Of a stretch of DNA of 64,000 bases, positions 62,678 through 64,000 are shown one piece after another. Each line of letters begins with the position of its first letter. The stretch's first letter is position 1. The notes under the pieces were generated by a model. The model was not told the origin of the DNA, did no database searches, and saw only the letters and a list, made by a program, of their open reading frames with translations. The position numbers and the translations under genes are program-made. Source of the DNA: an uncultured Prochlorococcus sp. (GTDB lineage Bacteria > Cyanobacteriota > Cyanobacteriia > PCC-6307 > Cyanobiaceae); the NCBI GenBank assembly GCA_902571145.1, contig CACGAP010000005.1, forward strand, positions 3,306 to 67,305, given 5' to 3'.

Positions 62678-63181
62678 TTGGAGAATTCACCTCAATTTCT
62701 ATTTCTTGCTAGTGGAGTAAATAATGGAGAAGGGTTTTGGTTTGTGGGAATCAAAAATTGCGATGAAAATATCCTTGAGGATGAAAATCTTTTAGATTGC
62801 CATAGAAAAGAATTAATAGGTAATGAATCAGCAAAAGATATTCTTTTGGCTATTAATTTAAACGTAAATAATTTATTAGATGAACTAAGAAACAAAAAAT
62901 ATTTAATTGCAAGACCTTCAATGGGGATTCCATTTGATATCCCTTTAGAAATCTTGGAAAATATTTTTGATTTTTGGTTAGATATTTATAAAAATCATGA
63001 AGCCTGGGAAGCTTGTTTAGGACTTCTTAAAGTTAGAAAAAGGATTCCCCTAACAAACCTAATTCAAAGCGGAAGTTTAAAGGGAAACTCTAAAAAATGG
63101 GCTATAAAAATTGAAACTTTACATACTTATGTTCCTTCTTCACTTAAAAATGAACAATTAAATGACCCCATGTGGGAATAA
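62678..63181 (+). CDS. Hypothetical protein, 167 aa
   Basis: Long ORF; no recognised family. Confidence 0.75.
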   Translation: MENSPQFLFLASGVNNGEGFWFVGIKNCDENILEDENLLDCHRKELIGNESAKDILLAINLNVNNLLDELRNKKYLIARPSMGIPFDIPLEILENIFDFWLDIYKNHEAWEACLGLLKVRKRIPLTNLIQSGSLKGNSKKWAIKIETLHTYVPSSLKNEQLNDPMWE

Positions 63182-63255
63182 TTTTATCTTTAAATACTAA
63201 AAATATTTACTTCGTTGGATATTTAAGTAAAAATAAAATAACTAATAATTTTAAA

Positions 63256-63441
63256 ATGAATAAACCATATTCTTTTAGTATCGATCAAATGAACGGGATA
63301 GTTGAGGATACATACGCCAAGATAATAAATGAATGTGAAAATTTAAAAAAAAATACTAATTGTCCAAACGAACAAGTAGTAGCACTTTTAAGTGTAATTG
63401 CTTCAAATTACGCACCTACAACAGAAAAAAACGAAAATTAA
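63256..63441 (+). CDS. Hypothetical protein, 61 aa
   Basis: ATG 63256 likely start; stop 1 bp before the PRTase start. Confidence 0.6.
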   Translation: MNKPYSFSIDQMNGIVEDTYAKIINECENLKKNTNCPNEQVVALLSVIASNYAPTTEKNEN

Positions 63442-63442
63442 G

Positions 63443-63838
63443 ATGATAAGTTATTTTACTTGGAGGGAATTTGATAAGAGCGTAGAACAAATAGCTAATA
63501 AATGTAGGTTTAAGGAATTTTCTGGAATATATGGAGTTCCTCGTGGGGGATTATGTCTTGCTGTAGCACTAAGCCATAAATTAAAAATTGAATTAATTTC
63601 AGAACCGATTAAGAATTCTCTAATAGTAGATGATGTTTATGAAACAGGCACTACATTGGCGACCTTCAAAAATATTGAAGGAGTAATGTTTTTTGTATTA
63701 TTTAGTAAAATCAAACCTACATGGTGGAATACAGTACATCTAACAAAAAAAAGTCAATGGATTGTTTTCCCTTGGGAAAATTCTTTAAATTCAAAAAGTG
63801 ACCGCGAAGATTACATCAAAAAAAGAGTTTTAAGTTGA
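63443..63838 (+). CDS. Small type I phosphoribosyltransferase (purine PRTase-like)
   Basis: GVPRGGL, LIVDDVYETGTTL PRPP-binding loop, WIVFPWE. Confidence 0.9.
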   Translation: MISYFTWREFDKSVEQIANKCRFKEFSGIYGVPRGGLCLAVALSHKLKIELISEPIKNSLIVDDVYETGTTLATFKNIEGVMFFVLFSKIKPTWWNTVHLTKKSQWIVFPWENSLNSKSDREDYIKKRVLS

Positions 63839-64000
63839 GAAAGAAATTATATTTGGCTAATCCATATGGATTTTCAAAACAAATTAAAACCCTCTTACAT
63901 GAATTTACTGAAATCTTCAATGATTTAAATGTAGAAGTATTTGAACCTTTTGAGAGAGCAAAAAGATTAATACAACAAGAAAGTGAGTGGGCATATGAGG
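63835..64000 (+). CDS. Nucleoside 2-deoxyribosyltransferase-like protein, N-terminus (runs off window)
   Basis: TTG start overlapping the PRTase stop; KLYLANPYGFS...VFEPFER resembles the NDT N-terminal Y.A.P.F...P motif. Confidence 0.7.
   Translation, partial: MRKKLYLANPYGFSKQIKTLLHEFTEIFNDLNVEVFEPFERAKRLIQQESEWAYE

Overview
AT-rich chromosomal window of a high-light-type Prochlorococcus marinus (inferred from gene content, gene order and low GC). It is mostly core genome: metH (5'-partial), pheT, rpmG-rpsR, metG, cobU, trmL, clpS, 2-Cys peroxiredoxin, an ftsH paralogue, rpmF, psb30, acsF, tldD-pmbA-fmt, mfd, dapB, chlH, folP, tpiA, carB and rsfS, with two CAT-anticodon tRNAs (elongator Met at 13814, initiator fMet at 55189). 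Each tRNA is followed by a tract rich in small ORFs (about 14.5-18.0 kb and 55.3-64 kb). I saw no integrase, transposase, CRISPR array or rRNA. The most striking unexplained structure is non-coding, at 4487-5251: three copies of a fixed module (14-bp palindromic box - 9 nt - GTCTA - 7 nt - 14-bp box), two direct and one inverted. It lies directly downstream of a ribbon-helix-helix/J-domain fusion gene and is a candidate nucleoprotein site (terminus, recombination or partition-like). Other notable items: an RHH gene bracketed by AGTGTNACACT operators, two orphan sRNA candidates, an FtsH lacking HEXXH, a dead/live pair of RNB-family RNases, and a DUF3038 gene with no canonical start. All family assignments come from manual motif recognition, not database searches.
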